Positions 38,461 through 52,130 of a stretch of 64,000 nt of DNA are shown here, in pieces; the stretch's first letter is position 1; each line of letters begins with the position of its first letter. The position numbers and the translations under genes were made by a program. The notes under the pieces were generated by a model. That model was given only the letters and a program-made list of their open reading frames with translations, ran no database searches and was not told where the DNA came from. The DNA lies in assembly GCA_013239625.1 (NCBI GenBank), contig MU054187.1, positions 2,365,757 to 2,429,756 on the forward strand, written 5' to 3'. Source of the DNA: Lama guanicoe. Taxonomy: Eukaryota.

Positions 38461-41419
38461 TTATATGGATGCTAAATTGTCTACGCAGACCTCAGAATAT
38501 AACAAGATCAGGAACGAACTGTGTATTTTGCTTGTTAAGAGTATACATAATGAAACAGAAGATGTCCGTCAAAATGTAAAAACAGAAAACGTTCTCTATG
38601 TCAGTATCTAAATGTAAAAACATTTCTACACCACCTGGACCCTTTTATCTCAAATAAGTATGAAATATTTACATACAAGCTTCAAGCAGAATTTTAAGAA
38701 AATAATCTCTAGCCTTCAAAATGCTTCACTTTGTAAAAGAGACACACATTAAAAATAGATATTAGGTCATCGTACATACAGAAAATCCCATGTCTGCATG
38801 AAAATATTGCACTGAGTCAAGTTTCAGAGACTGGGAACTTACCTTATAAGCTAGAAATGCTAACTTCTCTAAGACCATTGTAAGCATTTTGGCCACAATA
38901 CCCTTGCTATCAAGCACATAGAATGATAAAAGTCATTACTTACTTACCTCCTTCACTTTACAGGTGAAGAAGGATTCAGAGAGGTTAAGGACTTGGGTCA
39001 GATATCTCGAGGTAAACAGAGGCCAAAATGGGATTAGAATTAGCCCTGACTCGCCGCCCGGGGCTCTTGCACACCACACAGGATTTCCTGCTCACTACAG
39101 ATTTATGAACGCTTAACAGATAGGAAACCAGAAGGTATTATATAAAGAAAAATATACAAGCATCCGTTCTCTCCAGCACCAGGAAGACCAGGTGGTAATG
39201 TGGCCACTGCTGGCCCACAACTTTATCCTAATGTCCCTCACATCCGAAAATGACCACCTGACTTGCTTGAGGGAAGGGAAGGTCACAGGTGGGGCCAGAG
39301 GCAGAGCCAGAGTTAGAATTTAAGGTCCCACCTTTGGCTGTGTATTCTCTTTACCCCTTTTGACAGTTTTAAACTAGAAATCACTTTTGAGCTGCTCTTA
39401 AATTTTCAAAAATCTTCCTGCTGGCTTTGAAGGTCTCACACAGCTTTTTAGGAAATTCTTTCAAGAGTACATTCAAGGAGATTTTATTGTTCCAGATTTT
39501 GTAAACAAGCAAGAGTGAAAAAGGAAAAAAAAAAAGAAAAGCTTTCTTTTTTTAATGCAATTGCTAGGTGACTGGTTTCAATGCAGACCCTTGAAGATGA
39601 ATTCCTGAAGTCGTCCTGTTGTTTCATATCTGCACGTGGCCATCTAATAATGTTCACCTTCCACAGACAGATGCAGCTGGGGGTTAAGAGGTCCAGCCCT
39701 CACATAAGCAGCTTAGGAGTTACAGGGCGGAGCCTTTCAAGCCTGCGGCTGGCCTTGCAAAGTTGTTTACAGGAGTGATGTGTCTTCCAGGGAAGGCGCC
39801 TCCAGGAACTGTGCCGGCCTCTCTGAAGGAGGAAACCATGGTTCTCTCCATGGATATCTCCCTCTTGGTTTTGCACCTCTCCCGATCCCTAACCCATGTT
39901 CTCAGTCAGAAATCCAGGGCACTGAGCAGCGAGTGACTTTGTAGCACACTCCCAAGCCAGTTGAGCAGAACTGAGTTTTGAAATCGCATGTGTCCATCAG
40001 GTCTCATTATGATAACAATGCGAATCACTCTGCAGCTGGGAATATTGCCGCTTGGTTTTCTGTGCACCACCGGGTGACTCACACTCGGAGCCTCCGTCCA
40101 CATACACGTAGTGTCAGTCAGCAGCTAATAGGGTCCACGCTGAGTCGGCCTGGCATTTACAGTGAGGCACTCACGACCTGGCACCATTTCAGTTGGCCCC
40201 TGAATGTTACCTTAAGCAACCAGTTCAAGAGTCTAGACAACACTGCACCGAGTGAGCGAGTTCACCGTACAAGTGAATGGGCTTCCGTAGCAGCCATTCA
40301 CGGTGGAGTCTGTGACTGGGTGCTTAAGGTGATATTCCTGGGTCATGAACTCACAGAACCCGGCTGATTAGATTCTAGCCATTTGCATGGGGAGTTGTTT
40401 GTGAAATACGTGTAATATGCTCCACTGACCGGCAGTGATATTTTACTGGAGTTACTTCAGTTACAACCAGTTGACCTTTCTGATTTGGGAAGGCTCAGTT
40501 TTTAGATATTAATTAATTTTGCCCTGACTTGTAAAATCCTTTTTAAGTACAAATTAGTGTTTGAAATTTAGACAAGAGCATCTCATGCAAAGTGACCCAG
40601 CAGTTGGACTTCCTGAGGTCGTGGGCTGTACCACGTGCACCTCAGCCAAACAGAGAAGCAGAGGAAACCTCTTGTCCTCTGGTTTGTCTCTGTCTGTGCC
40701 TCGACACCCCTGATGCAAACTGAACTGTGTTTGCTCCAAAACCAGAACACAAGTTTGTGGTGCCTGTCATTCTAAGGCTGCAACAGCCAGCACTTCCAGC
40801 CCTTCTGGGGCTGTCTGGCTAGATCAACACAGGCTTGTACAGCTGTTCCATTTATGCAAGAGAGTGGAAAGAATTGTGCAACCCACACCTTACCCAACCC
40901 TTGCAAATGACTTCTAAGTCTCAGGGTGGGGTGATAATGAGATTTAAGGGGCCAGTAGATTTCTTTTCTTTCCTACTTTTTTGATTTCTTAATTTGTGTA
41001 AAAGTGTTGTTGATAATTAATGGCAAGGAGTTATTACCTGTGAAATCAAGATCAGACTGTTTAAAAAAAAGTACACGTGTATTTCTCTCTCTCACTGTGT
41101 CCTGGTGGATGCAAGAGAGTCCCAGATGTGTGCATTTCCCCCATACCTTTATTGTGTTTCTACAAATAGCCATTTCCTGTGATAACCAGGATGCTAGTTC
41201 ACGCATCTCCTGCTGCATAGAAAGGAATAGATGCTGCTTTGCATTTCATGGGGACTGCAGATCAAGAGTTCATTTCTTCCTGGCTTGATGCAGTTCCTGG
41301 CAAATTCAGGTCATTGTACTCTTTGATAAATTAGACAATTTGTAAAATGGAAACAAAAGTTCATACACATTTGCTGAATTTCAGTGAGGAGCTATAGCTG
41401 CTTTGTGAGAGTCTTGATT

Positions 41420-42660
41420 TCTTTTAACTTTGTTTATTTGTCATAACTTAAAGAGGACGCATTTTAAGTGTGCAGTTTAATAAACTTAACGCAAGTGCAC
41501 CGTCATGTCGTCATTATCTGGGTGAGGATTTCTCTGCCTCAGCACTGTGGACCTTTGGGGTTGAGCACCTCCTTGCAGGGGCCGAGCTCTCCACTGCAGG
41601 ATGTTTAGTAACCAGCCTGCTCTCTACCCGCCCAATGCCAGGAGCACCCTCCCTGGAAGTGACACCCCAAAAACGTCTCCAGGCACTGCCCGATATTTCC
41701 TCGGGGCTCACCGCTGATCAAGATGCCGGCTGTTTTCAGCCTGTATCCACAAGACCCCCTCTAGCTCCCTCCTGCTCAGTTCTTCCAGAGGTAACCACTC
41801 TTGTAAGTGGCTGTAAGTTCCCAAATCACATCTTAGTTGTGCCTGTTTGTGAACCTCTTGTACAATTACCCAGTCCGTGTTCTTCGCATCTGGTTCTCTC
41901 GCTCAGCGTTCTGTTTTTGAGATCCGTGCGCGGTTGCTGCATCTGTAGTTACTTCATGCAGTGTCCCTTCGTGTGACTGCACCATAGCCGTCTCCATTCC
42001 GTTCTTGAAGGACACCCAGTGTGGGGCAATTGTGAGTAATGCTGCTATGAACATTCTGATTCAGGTCTTTTGACAGACGTAAGCCCCTATGTCCGCTGGA
42101 TGCTCAGGAATGAAGCTGCTGGGCAATAGATCCAGTAAATATTTAGCTTTGTTGGATGCTGTCAGTTTTTCGAAGTGCTTTACACTCCGAACCAATTCAC
42201 ACCCCTACCAGCAACATGTGCGTTGCTTCACATCCTCACGAGCACTTAGTATTGTCCACGGATTACATTGTAGTTGTTCTGGTGGCTGCAGAGGTGTGCC
42301 ATTGTGGTTGTAATTTGTGGTTCCCTGATTACTAATGATATGGTGAGCACTTTTTTTTTATACATTTTTTATACATTTTTTATACATTTTTGTATCTTCT
42401 ATTGTAAACTGCTTCTACAAGTTTTGGCCTATTTTTCTATTGTATTGTCTGTCTTTTTCTTATTGATCTGTAAGAGTTCTTTATATATTCTGGATATAAG
42501 TTACTGTCAAAATGTGTGTGTGTGTGTCTGTCTCTGTGTGTGTGTGTCTGTCTGTCTGTGTGTGTGTGTGTGTGTGTGTGTGGCAAATCCAAGTCTGTGT
42601 CTTGCCTTTCCAGTTTCTTTCCATTGTCTTTTGACTTTGATAGTTTCTGTTGGAAAGTCA
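41420..42660 (-). mobile_element. Old L1 (L1MC/MD-like) interrupted by a MER20-like element (~41524-41716) and a compound (TG)n (42513-42582)
   Basis: aatgctgctatgaacatt and attcacacccctaccagcaac are L1-like; ctgcaggatgtttag...aaaacgtctccaggcactgcc is MER20-like. Confidence 0.75.
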
Positions 42661-44642
42661 TGCTTCTATGAAAGCAAATGTCTTCTCCCTCTGGATGATT
42701 TAAAATTTTTCTCTTTGTTTTTCACTCTCCGCAGGTGTGAATATAATGTCCCTGAGTTTGTCCTGCTTTGGGTTCATTGGGCTTCTTGTATCTGTGGGTT
42801 GACTTTTTTTTAGTTTTTGTCAGGAGAAGGAAGGATTTATGGTTTCTTGCCACAAGCAAGGAGAACACAGGGGATCTTTCCCAAAGCGGTGTCTCCTGTG
42901 GATTGAGCTTCAGCTCATCAGCTTCAGAAATTTTCATTTAATGTCTCTTCAGATGTCACTTCTTAACTGTTTTCTCTCTTTCTCTCCCACGTTTGAGATG
43001 CAAATCATACACATTTTAGACTTTTTCCTTTTTTCCCTCCTGTCTTTTCTTCTCTCCTATGGTTTGTCCATTTTCTCTCTCATTCCTTCAGCTTGAATAC
43101 TGTCTTTTAACCGTGTTGGAGTTCACTTAATCTGTCTGCTCCTGTGCCCAGGCTTCTGCCAAATCATCTCATGATTGTTAATTTCAAAAACTGTTTTATT
43201 CTAAATGCAGTATGTCTGTTTGATGCTTGTTAATACATTTACATTCTCTGATGAAATTCTCCATCTTCCCTCATCAGTTTTTCCATCTAATTCTAATCTA
43301 CTGAGTCCAATGTTGACATTCGGGAGGAGCTTCTATCTGGTGTTTGTTTTTCATCATTGGTCATGTTTTTCTGTCTCTTCACATATCTGGCACTTTTCGT
43401 TGTATGTAGACATCGTATATAAAGAAACTGTAAGCGGAGATGATATCTTCCACCAGCAAGGAACCTTCCTTGGAGGGCTTTCCTCTGTGAGGATAAGGGG
43501 CTGATCGTGTCAGGCCTAAAAGGAAGTGAAATGGGTTGGGGCTGGTTGCAGTTTTGCTGAGACTTAGGTACCCTTGGTTATTCCCACTCTTCAGGTGTTT
43601 CCTCCTGGGCGTTGGATTTAGAACCTAACAGGTTTGTCTCCTCACTCAGTCCTGAAAGACTGAGACTCAGTCTCACCATCAGAGGCTCTGAGCATCTTTC
43701 TCTCCCCATCTTCCACATGTGGTAACTGATGTGAGGAGGCCAGCTGTGCATCTGAGGAAGACCTGGTTTTTGAAGGGAGACTTGTCCTCCCACGTGAGCC
43801 CCTAGAGTCCCATGCCCAGGGCCCACCCCTCCTTCGGGGAAGAAGACCCTTGTGACAGCCCGTGCCCTGGTGACACTTCAGGTAATTCAGCCCTTCTGCC
43901 TCCACAGCTGTCCGATGTCTTTAGAAATGGGACTTCACTTACTCCTCTGACATTCTTAGTTGCTGCTCAGGAACCGTGGTCTGCCCTGACCTATTACCAT
44001 TTTTCTTGGAGATATTTTTCTTAAATTAAGTTTCTTTTTCTTCTATCTTGGGAGCACATTTTTCCCTTTCTATTACATCATTTGTCTCCAATGCAGTTTA
44101 GAAGACTCACGTTAAACATTTTGCTGTGCGAATCTGAAATATAATACCTGTTTTTTGAGTTTTAAAATGTTAGAAGGAAACGAAGTGCATTGTTTTCTCT
44201 GCAGTGCTTTACGCTCCGCGCTGCGGTGCTGCGGTGTAAGACGCACCAGCGCTGGGGCGAAAGAGATCTGGGTTTGAGTTGTGACTTTGCGCACTAGTTC
44301 TGGGAGCCTCTACTTCCAAATGTACCCAACGGGGGTGATTACACTTACTTTATAGCAAGAGATGTACAGCGGAGGGTCTGAGAGAGCATTAAGTAAGTGG
44401 CAGCTGTCATCATTACTCCTGTAATACTTATCCATCATTATTTCAGGCTGCTGAACATGGATAACCTGATTTGAAATACGTATTTTGATATATTTATATC
44501 AGGTACACATTCTAAAATTTTTACCATTCAAATAAGGTACTGAAAAAAAGTTTTTTCTTAATATGAAAGGCCTGTACCTTTGACTTATTGTCTATGAAAA
44601 TATTACTAAATAAGTTTGTGAATTCATATTTTGCCTTCATCT

Positions 44643-44867
44643 TTGCCTTTCTAGGCTGAAAATACATAAATAACATTTAGTGGCGGAAAGAGTTACATCC
44701 GCAGTCGTCTGCGCTCAGTAAGATTCACAGCTGACTGCTTGGTGGCAGGCTTTACTATAAGACGCTGGCAACAAGAAGACAGTATTAAGAAATATGAAGA
44801 AAAGGCAAACAGTATTTTCTGGAAAGGACAGCTGGTTGACCTTTGCAGAGGAAAGTCTGTGGGGTCT
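44643..44867 (+). pseudogene. RGS20: Candidate decayed alternative 5' coding exon of RGS20
   Basis: 66 open codons (44670-44867) ending in phase 0 at a gtgagt donor, preceded in frame by TTG CCT TTC TAG GCT GAA AAT ACA TAA. Confidence 0.55.
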
Positions 44868-46189
44868 GTGAGTAATTTTAATGATATCTCCATGAATTAT
44901 TGAAACATAATTAATTTTCATATTAAATTTCCTGTTACCAGTCTGCTTTTTTATTTTGACTTCTGCATTTGATTCTTTGTTTTTTTTTTCAAAGACCTCA
45001 CTAATAAATGGAAACAGTTGGGTTCTACTCTCAGTACAAGATGGGAATAGTCATCTTGGGAGCAGCTGGGTGGCTCTGGAGCAACAGGCTCTCTGCCCCT
45101 CTCCCTCAGTGGGCAGCCCTGCAGGCCTGCATCCTTGAGGCCAGAGATGCAGATGCATCTTAGTTGTTAGTTCTTTAGTGTGACGAGAGCCGGCTTCTCT
45201 GATCCAGCCTCCGCCCTCTGAGAAGACTGAACTTCAGACAATTTGTAGGCAGGTTTAAATCAGATAAATCAAGGCACAAGAATTATTGGACTGAGTTTTA
45301 CAACAACCTAGAATTTATCAAATTCTCACTAAGAGCCAAGTTTTTGCTAAAGCAAATAAGTCACTTCTGGCCCTTTAAATAACTTGGGAGTTCTGTGCTG
45401 TTCTTTTGACAAAATGAGGTACTTATTAACAGAAACATCCAAACACTACACCAGGCCATGTTGAATAAATCTGGGTTAAAGGAGGTTAAATAAAATGGTA
45501 CAAGGAGGGATGAAACAGGAATCCAAAATCTAATCAAGTGAAGGGCTCACGTGTTCATGTTAAACACGTCTCATAAATTAACCCCAAAAAGATATATTTT
45601 TCCTTATCTTCTAGTCATGTGCTTAAAATTATACAGGTATTAAAACTTAAGTACTAATTTAGATAGAGCATACATTTGTAGAAGTATACCAAATTAGGCT
45701 GAGAATCAGGAGACTACATAGAGATTATCTTTTAATGGAAATTGGTCCTTTATGAGCCTTTTAAAAATTTTTTCAATTTCATTTTATTTTTATATTTTAA
45801 AAATTTTTGTTGTAGTTGATTTACAATGTTAGTTTCAGGTGTACAGCAAAGTGATTCAGTTATATATATACATGCATATATATTTTTTCTTTTCAGATTG
45901 TTTTCTATGAGTCTTTTTATGTATCCCTTAGGATGGAGGCTTTATTCCTAAATCTCAGTATCTACCTGCCTTCTGTTGTCGCAAAAAGAGGGTCACATGG
46001 CTTCGGTTCCCTGCAGAGTCCAAAATGCATAACCATTACGCATTTCGATTCACTGAGATCTGCTTGTTCGACGTATCAAGCTACCTAACACTTCATGCCA
46101 AGGGGTGGGACCTAAAATTCAGCAGCTATTTGGGCATAAACTGTAGAAAACCAGAACCTTGAGGAACAGAGATTCTCTGACACGCACCC

Positions 46190-46892
46190 CGGGAACAGCA
46201 GCCAGAAGCCTTCCGCGAGCCCCGCGCCAGGGACCGGCGTCGCGAGCACGAGGCAGGATGGAGCCCGGGGGACGTGCCGGCCGCCTGCCAGCTCGCCGCC
46301 AGCAGCCGCAGGCCTGCGGGAGGGGCGCTGCGGGGCATCGCGGAGGGCGTCCGGAAGCGAGCCCGGTCCGTCGGCCCGCGCCTGGGCGTGGCGGGGGCAG
46401 CGCAGCCTGCGGCCGCGTGGCGTGGGGACCGCTCCGCCGGGGAGGTGTGGGCGGGGGTGGGGTCCCGGCGTCCGCCCATCGGACAGGGGGCACCTGCGTG
46501 CGCCGGCTGCTGTTGGCGGGAAGGCAGGCTGTGCTCCGGCGCCGTGGGTGGCCGTGGAAGGCCACAGGAGGGACTAACAGAACCTGGATTCTGCTTTAAA
46601 ACAGTAAATGTTTCGAGCTTCCAGGGCCGCGTGGTCTCTATTGCAGCTTCTCAACTCCGCCACTGTGTCCGGAAGCCGCAGGGGACAGAGTAGGAGGAGA
46701 TGGACTTGCAGGGGTGGGGGGTGCAGGGGATTTGGAGAGAAGTGAGCACGTCTGCGGTGAGCGAGGTGCCGAGGAGGAGGCCCGAGGTGACCCCTGGGAT
46801 GTGGGAGGGGGGCTCGTGGTGGACCTGACGCAGGCTGGGGAGCACACGGTGGGGCAGGGGACGCGCTCTTGTGGGCAGCAGTCTCTACGAAA
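46190..46892. promoter_or_regulatory. Intronic CpG-rich island ending in an AAA|GTAAGT donor-like site
   Basis: CpG-dense core at 46190-46560 within AT-rich flanks. Confidence 0.5.
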
Positions 46893-49800
46893 GTAAGTTC
46901 AACTTCCTTAGAGAAACGGTGTGCTCTCAGGAAAAGAAAATTCAGAAGTCAGACCGAAAGTCCCATTAAAGACAGTCTCCCATAGAAGTAGAGCCAAACG
47001 ATCTACCTCGTTTCCTTTTGCTGTCCCCGTCATTTCAACATTCCGAATTTTATACTGAAGGGAAAACCTAGTGACAGTTAACAAGTCCCAAAAGTTCTGG
47101 CGAGGAGGGGAGTGACACACACAGAGGTTCTGTGGATGAGAGCTCGGGTGCTGGACGTTTTCAGGGATTCAAGTCACTCACAGAAAAAGCTTTAAACAGG
47201 ACGAGACCTACTGGTAGGTTCAGACCGTTCAGACCGTTTGTAATAGGGTCGTCATCACAGATGAAAATTCTGACTCATCGTGGACGTGAGGCAGTCTGAA
47301 CACCCAGCGCTGCCATCCAGTACCCTTAGCAGGATCGTGGAGAACCTGCTATGGGGAAAAGGGAAATTTGTGAAAAAAGAGACGGACAGAGAAAAGGTGT
47401 TCAGAGGCAGACCCATACGGGGTAGAAAAGGCTAGTTCGTTACTTACAAACACGCCTTTTTGTACCTTTTATTTTCCTTAATTTGCACGTACGTTAACAC
47501 TTCTCATAACCCTTCTGTTGTAATTGGTGGAAAAGAAGTTCTTCAAAGAGAAAATACTCATCCAGGCCTGACGGGTGTGAGAGCTACACCCAGCCCAGAG
47601 GGGTCAGGGAGCCCCGTCGACTGGACCAGCGTGCGGGCGGCTTCTGCGGGATGGACCAAGCACCGGCTCTCACCTGGGATACAGCAAGGACACCTCGTCC
47701 CTAGGAGTTTACATCATTCAGGCTAATAACTTAGGAACAATGATAGGGAGCTTCGTTATCAATGTTATCTATTAAAGATGGTGCAAATACCAATGAATGT
47801 TACTTTTAAGAAACATAATGACCTTAGCACACTTTAAAATAGGATAGCCATCCCACTCCTGGGCATATATCCGGAGGGAACTCTAATTGGAAAATTAGAT
47901 GCACCGCGTGCTCACAGCAGCGCTGTCTACAACAGCCAAGACGTGGAAGCAGCCCAAATGCCCATGGACAGGTGCGTCTCCCCGGAAAGCGCAGGCGTGC
48001 TCTCTGGCTCTGACAGGCCGGCTTCACACCCCTTCTCCAGGCTTCCCAGCCTCGGCTTTCCGCGCCGGTTTTGGTCACTGCTTGCACGTCCTCAGGGGCG
48101 TTTAGGTTCCTTCTAGGTTTGTGAACGGTCAAGGTGCCAGGTGTCTGGGGGTCAATGGATGGGGGCCTGGCTGTTTGAGTCTCTGCTGAATGTAGACAGG
48201 GGTGTAGGATCAGTTTGTTTATGGTCTTAAGACACAATTTGAGGACCTTCCACATGCGTCACTCTGTCTGTTACGCGAAATGCCGTCAGGAAGAGCTCAG
48301 GTGGAACAGGGGCAGTGGCCCCGGAGCTCAGGGGCCTTTCACATGCACGTGCTCCCGGCCTGCTTTGCCTAAGTCTCCGTGTAGCTCCTGTTCTATAGAC
48401 GCGAAGGTGGGGGCTTAGAGCAGAGAGGGAATTTGGTCCAGGCCTCACAAGTGGAAAGGTCAGACTGGACGAGACCTTGGACTTGAAACCCCACGACAGC
48501 TCTCCTCTGTTCCCACTACACGCCCTTCTCAAAATTCTTGATCAACCGTTCATGTTTTCCAGCTGTGGCTGGAAGGCCTGCCCCAGACGCGCAGGACCCC
48601 TCCAAACAGACCCCCCGTTCCCGCCACAGCCTCTCTGTTCCTGGTCCTCCCAGCGCTGCTTATCCCGTGATCTGGCCTCTCTGGAAGCCCCTCTCCCTCC
48701 CGCCCCTGGGACCCAGTCAGTTGTCCTCCACAGTTGTCCCCTCGTGTCCCTACCTCCCCACCTCTCCCTGAACTCTGGCCACTCTGTGAGGACAGCGCTT
48801 CCCCCGTGGCCCTGGTAGCTGCGGACATTTTTCCACTGAAATCCCACCACTTCCGTTCTTAGAAGTCAGGTCGGCATCTCTTTGCTCTCGTTGCCACTAC
48901 ATTTCTTCCCTTGTCTTCCCTCAAAAACAAAGTTTGCAAAGTTCTGACACAGGACACATAGATGAACCTTGAAGACATAAGTGACATAAGGAGTCACAAA
49001 AGGACAAATATTATGTGAGTCTTCTTATTTGAGGTACCTGGTACAGTCAAATCTCCAGAGACAGAAAATAGGATGATGGGGGCTGGATTAGAGAGTATGT
49101 GTCAGTGTTTAATGGGGACAGAGTTTTGGTTGGAGAAGATGAAGAGTTCTGGAGATGGAGGCGGGTGATAACTCTCATGGATCCTTCCAGAATGTGACCC
49201 TTTTCGTGGTCACTGGGGGCAAGAGGCAGAGTGCACAGACACGGAGCCCTCCTCCCTAATCCAGGCTCCGCCAAGCAGACCAGGGCCGTGGCCCATGGAG
49301 AGAGAATGGGGGCAGACGTGAGAGACATCAGGCGATAGACTTCATCTGGCTTTGCCAGGAGCTGGAAGTTGAGGGTAATTTCAACTGGACAGATAGTGAC
49401 ACTGCTCTCCAAGAGACAAGGAGGGAGAGAACAGGTAGTTTTGTCCAGGGAAATGTCAGTTCGATTTTAGACATTAACTTTTCCGTGTTGGGCATATCTC
49501 ATCCCGTTTTTTCTGGGATTGGCAAGGATTGCTCAGAAGTTCTCTGCTCAGAGAACCTATCCCCTTGTTGTGAAACACTGAAAAGCTAGCAGACATTCTC
49601 ACCCCAAACCTGACACATTCTTTAATGATTTGAAGATTGCCTGAAGCAGCCTCACAGACATTAATAAGTGTTCAGTACTTTCAGGGGTGCCCTGGGCTCA
49701 GTTGTCATGGGAACCCCCCCCCCCACCTACAGTCTCCTCGAGGAACCCTGTGGCCTCCTGGGGTAAAGAGAGCCCGTGATTAAGATTTCAATCAGTACTT

Positions 49801-51699
49801 GCAAAATGCTCTTTAATAGTTAATTGGTATTAAGGAAAAACAAGTAAATGCATGCATAATTTACTCATTTCCCTCAGATCATACTTTCTTACTGTTTCTA
49901 ATAGATCCCAAAGGCAATTGCAAACGTTGACTTTTGCAAAATGTTCATTTAGTAACAGCAGAAGAGAAAGATATTACTCCTATAGTCTTAGAACCTTTGG
50001 TGGCTTAAGCTACAAACCTGGCGACAACTATATAAACAAGAGTAAAGACTTCCATTCAGAGTTGCCAAAAAACAGTTGGTAACATGCTTAAATCATTTTT
50101 TTTTAAGGTAAGGACATGTGAAGGCACCCATCTGGAAGTAATTATAATTCTAAAAAAGCCAAGTGTCATTATTAAGCTTTCAGTTGACTTCCCCTGCTAG
50201 AACAATGAACCAGCTTTTTCTTAAAACAGTCCTGGAATTATTCAGACAATAAAACCAAAAAGACCGGAAAAAACAAACCGAAAGACAGAAAAATTTGAAA
50301 ATTCACAGTTTCACATAGAGGAAGAGTTAAGATCTCCCACTGAGACCCACTAGCTGCTAAACATTGTGAGCTTTCTGTGTCCTATAAAGTGGAAGACATA
50401 GCTTGGATCTGAATTTTGGCCTCTTTGTGATGAAGTCAGTGCAAGTAATCCCAGCTCTTCATTAACACTTCACGAGCGGGAGCGAGCCGGACTTCCTTGG
50501 TGATGGTCACATGGCGGGATAACAGGCCAGCGTCCTCAGGCCTGAGGCTGGCTTACTTCAGGATCCCCCAAAACTACAGAAGCATCACTGTGGACTAGAT
50601 TTAGCTTATTTCCCAGCAGCTAATAATGACAGGTGGGAGCCTTGGGGAGCGTGGGCAGGCAGAGGCCCTGTTTGTGACTTAATTGGCATCAGGTGAGCGG
50701 TGTTTATGCTCGACATACGTGGTTCAGAGAAAGCTGTGTTTACCTGCTGCTGTTTTCAGCGCCGGTAGCTAAACCCAGGGAGACTTCAGCATCCACCCTT
50801 TTGGTTTCAGTCGGTCTGTGTTTCAAACTTCATTGTGTAGATTTTTTTAGTTATTTTTGTTGGTTCTTTTTTTTTTCCTCATTATTTTGGGGGGTAGTAA
50901 TTGGGTTTATTTGTTTTCGATGGAGGTACTGGGGATTGAACCCAGGACCTCGTGCATACTAAGCAGGTGCTCTGCCACGGAGCTACACCCTCCACCGATG
51001 GGTAGATTCTTGAATGAGAGAGCAGCAGCAGCAGCCAAAGAGGACTTTCTGCGGGTTAATCAGCCTCCAAGCCCCACATCCTCACATACAGCCCCCTCCT
51101 AGCTCTGGAAGCCTGGTGCCCATCACGCCAGATTGGAACCTTCCTCCCTCCCTCTCGAGGAAGGAGTTTTAACAGTTCCTTTCGCAGCCTGTGCCCTCGG
51201 TTTCTTCCAGCTCTACAGGGAGTGATAGGCTCGGGTGGAGAGGTACCTGGATCATAGCTGCCTCCTCCCCCACCCTCAGCTGGGCACCAGGCTTCAAGGA
51301 GAGCCTTCAGGAGGTCCTGCTCAACCCTCCACCAGGCCGCCATCCCCACCGAGCACACTCTGGGTGTGCTTGAGAAGGTACCAGTGATGGGAGTTTCCCA
51401 TCCTGGGGAAAATGATGTCCGAAAAAGGTTCTCAGGCTGGGGAGACTTAGACGGCAGAAAGACTCAAAGAAGGCTAAAATTAGGAACAAATGGTGACTGC
51501 ACTTAACAGAGAAATGAACGGGCCTCTCGAGGCTGCTGCACAGAGAACATTCCTGGAACACCACCCCTCTTTCCATGCACATTGGGACCACAGCTGTGGA
51601 AGCCCAGGAAGCAGAGAGTCTAGAAAAGTGAACAGACGTGGCTCAGGAGGAAGGGAGCTTTGTTCCTCACACAGAGCAGCAACAAAGACCTGGTCGTGT

Positions 51700-52130
51700 G
51701 AACAGGTGCTGGAGAATGTCATTCTAAATGAAGGAAGCCAGAAAGAGAAAGAAAAATACCGTGTGAGATCACTCAGAAGTGTAATCTAAAAAAAAAAGAA
51801 GACACAAATGAACTCATCTGCAAAACAGAAACAGACTCACAGACACAGTCAACAAACTTACGGTCACCAGGGGGAAAGGGGGTGGGAAGGGATGAACTGG
51901 GAGTCCAAGATTTGCAGATACTAACTACTGTATATAAAACAGACATGCAACAATATTTAATAACACTCAATATGCAACTATATAGCACAGGGGACTATAT
52001 TCAATATCTTAAAGTAAACTATAATGAAAATGAGTATATGTATGCATAAGTGTGAAGCATTATGTGGTGCACCGGAAATTGACACATTGTAAACTGACTG
52101 TACTTGAGTAAAAAATAAATAAATAAAATC
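51700..52130 (+). mobile_element. Lineage L1 3' end with (TAAA) tail
   Basis: acaaatgaactcatctgcaaaacagaaacagactcacagac...aaacttacggtcaccagggggaa. Confidence 0.85.
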
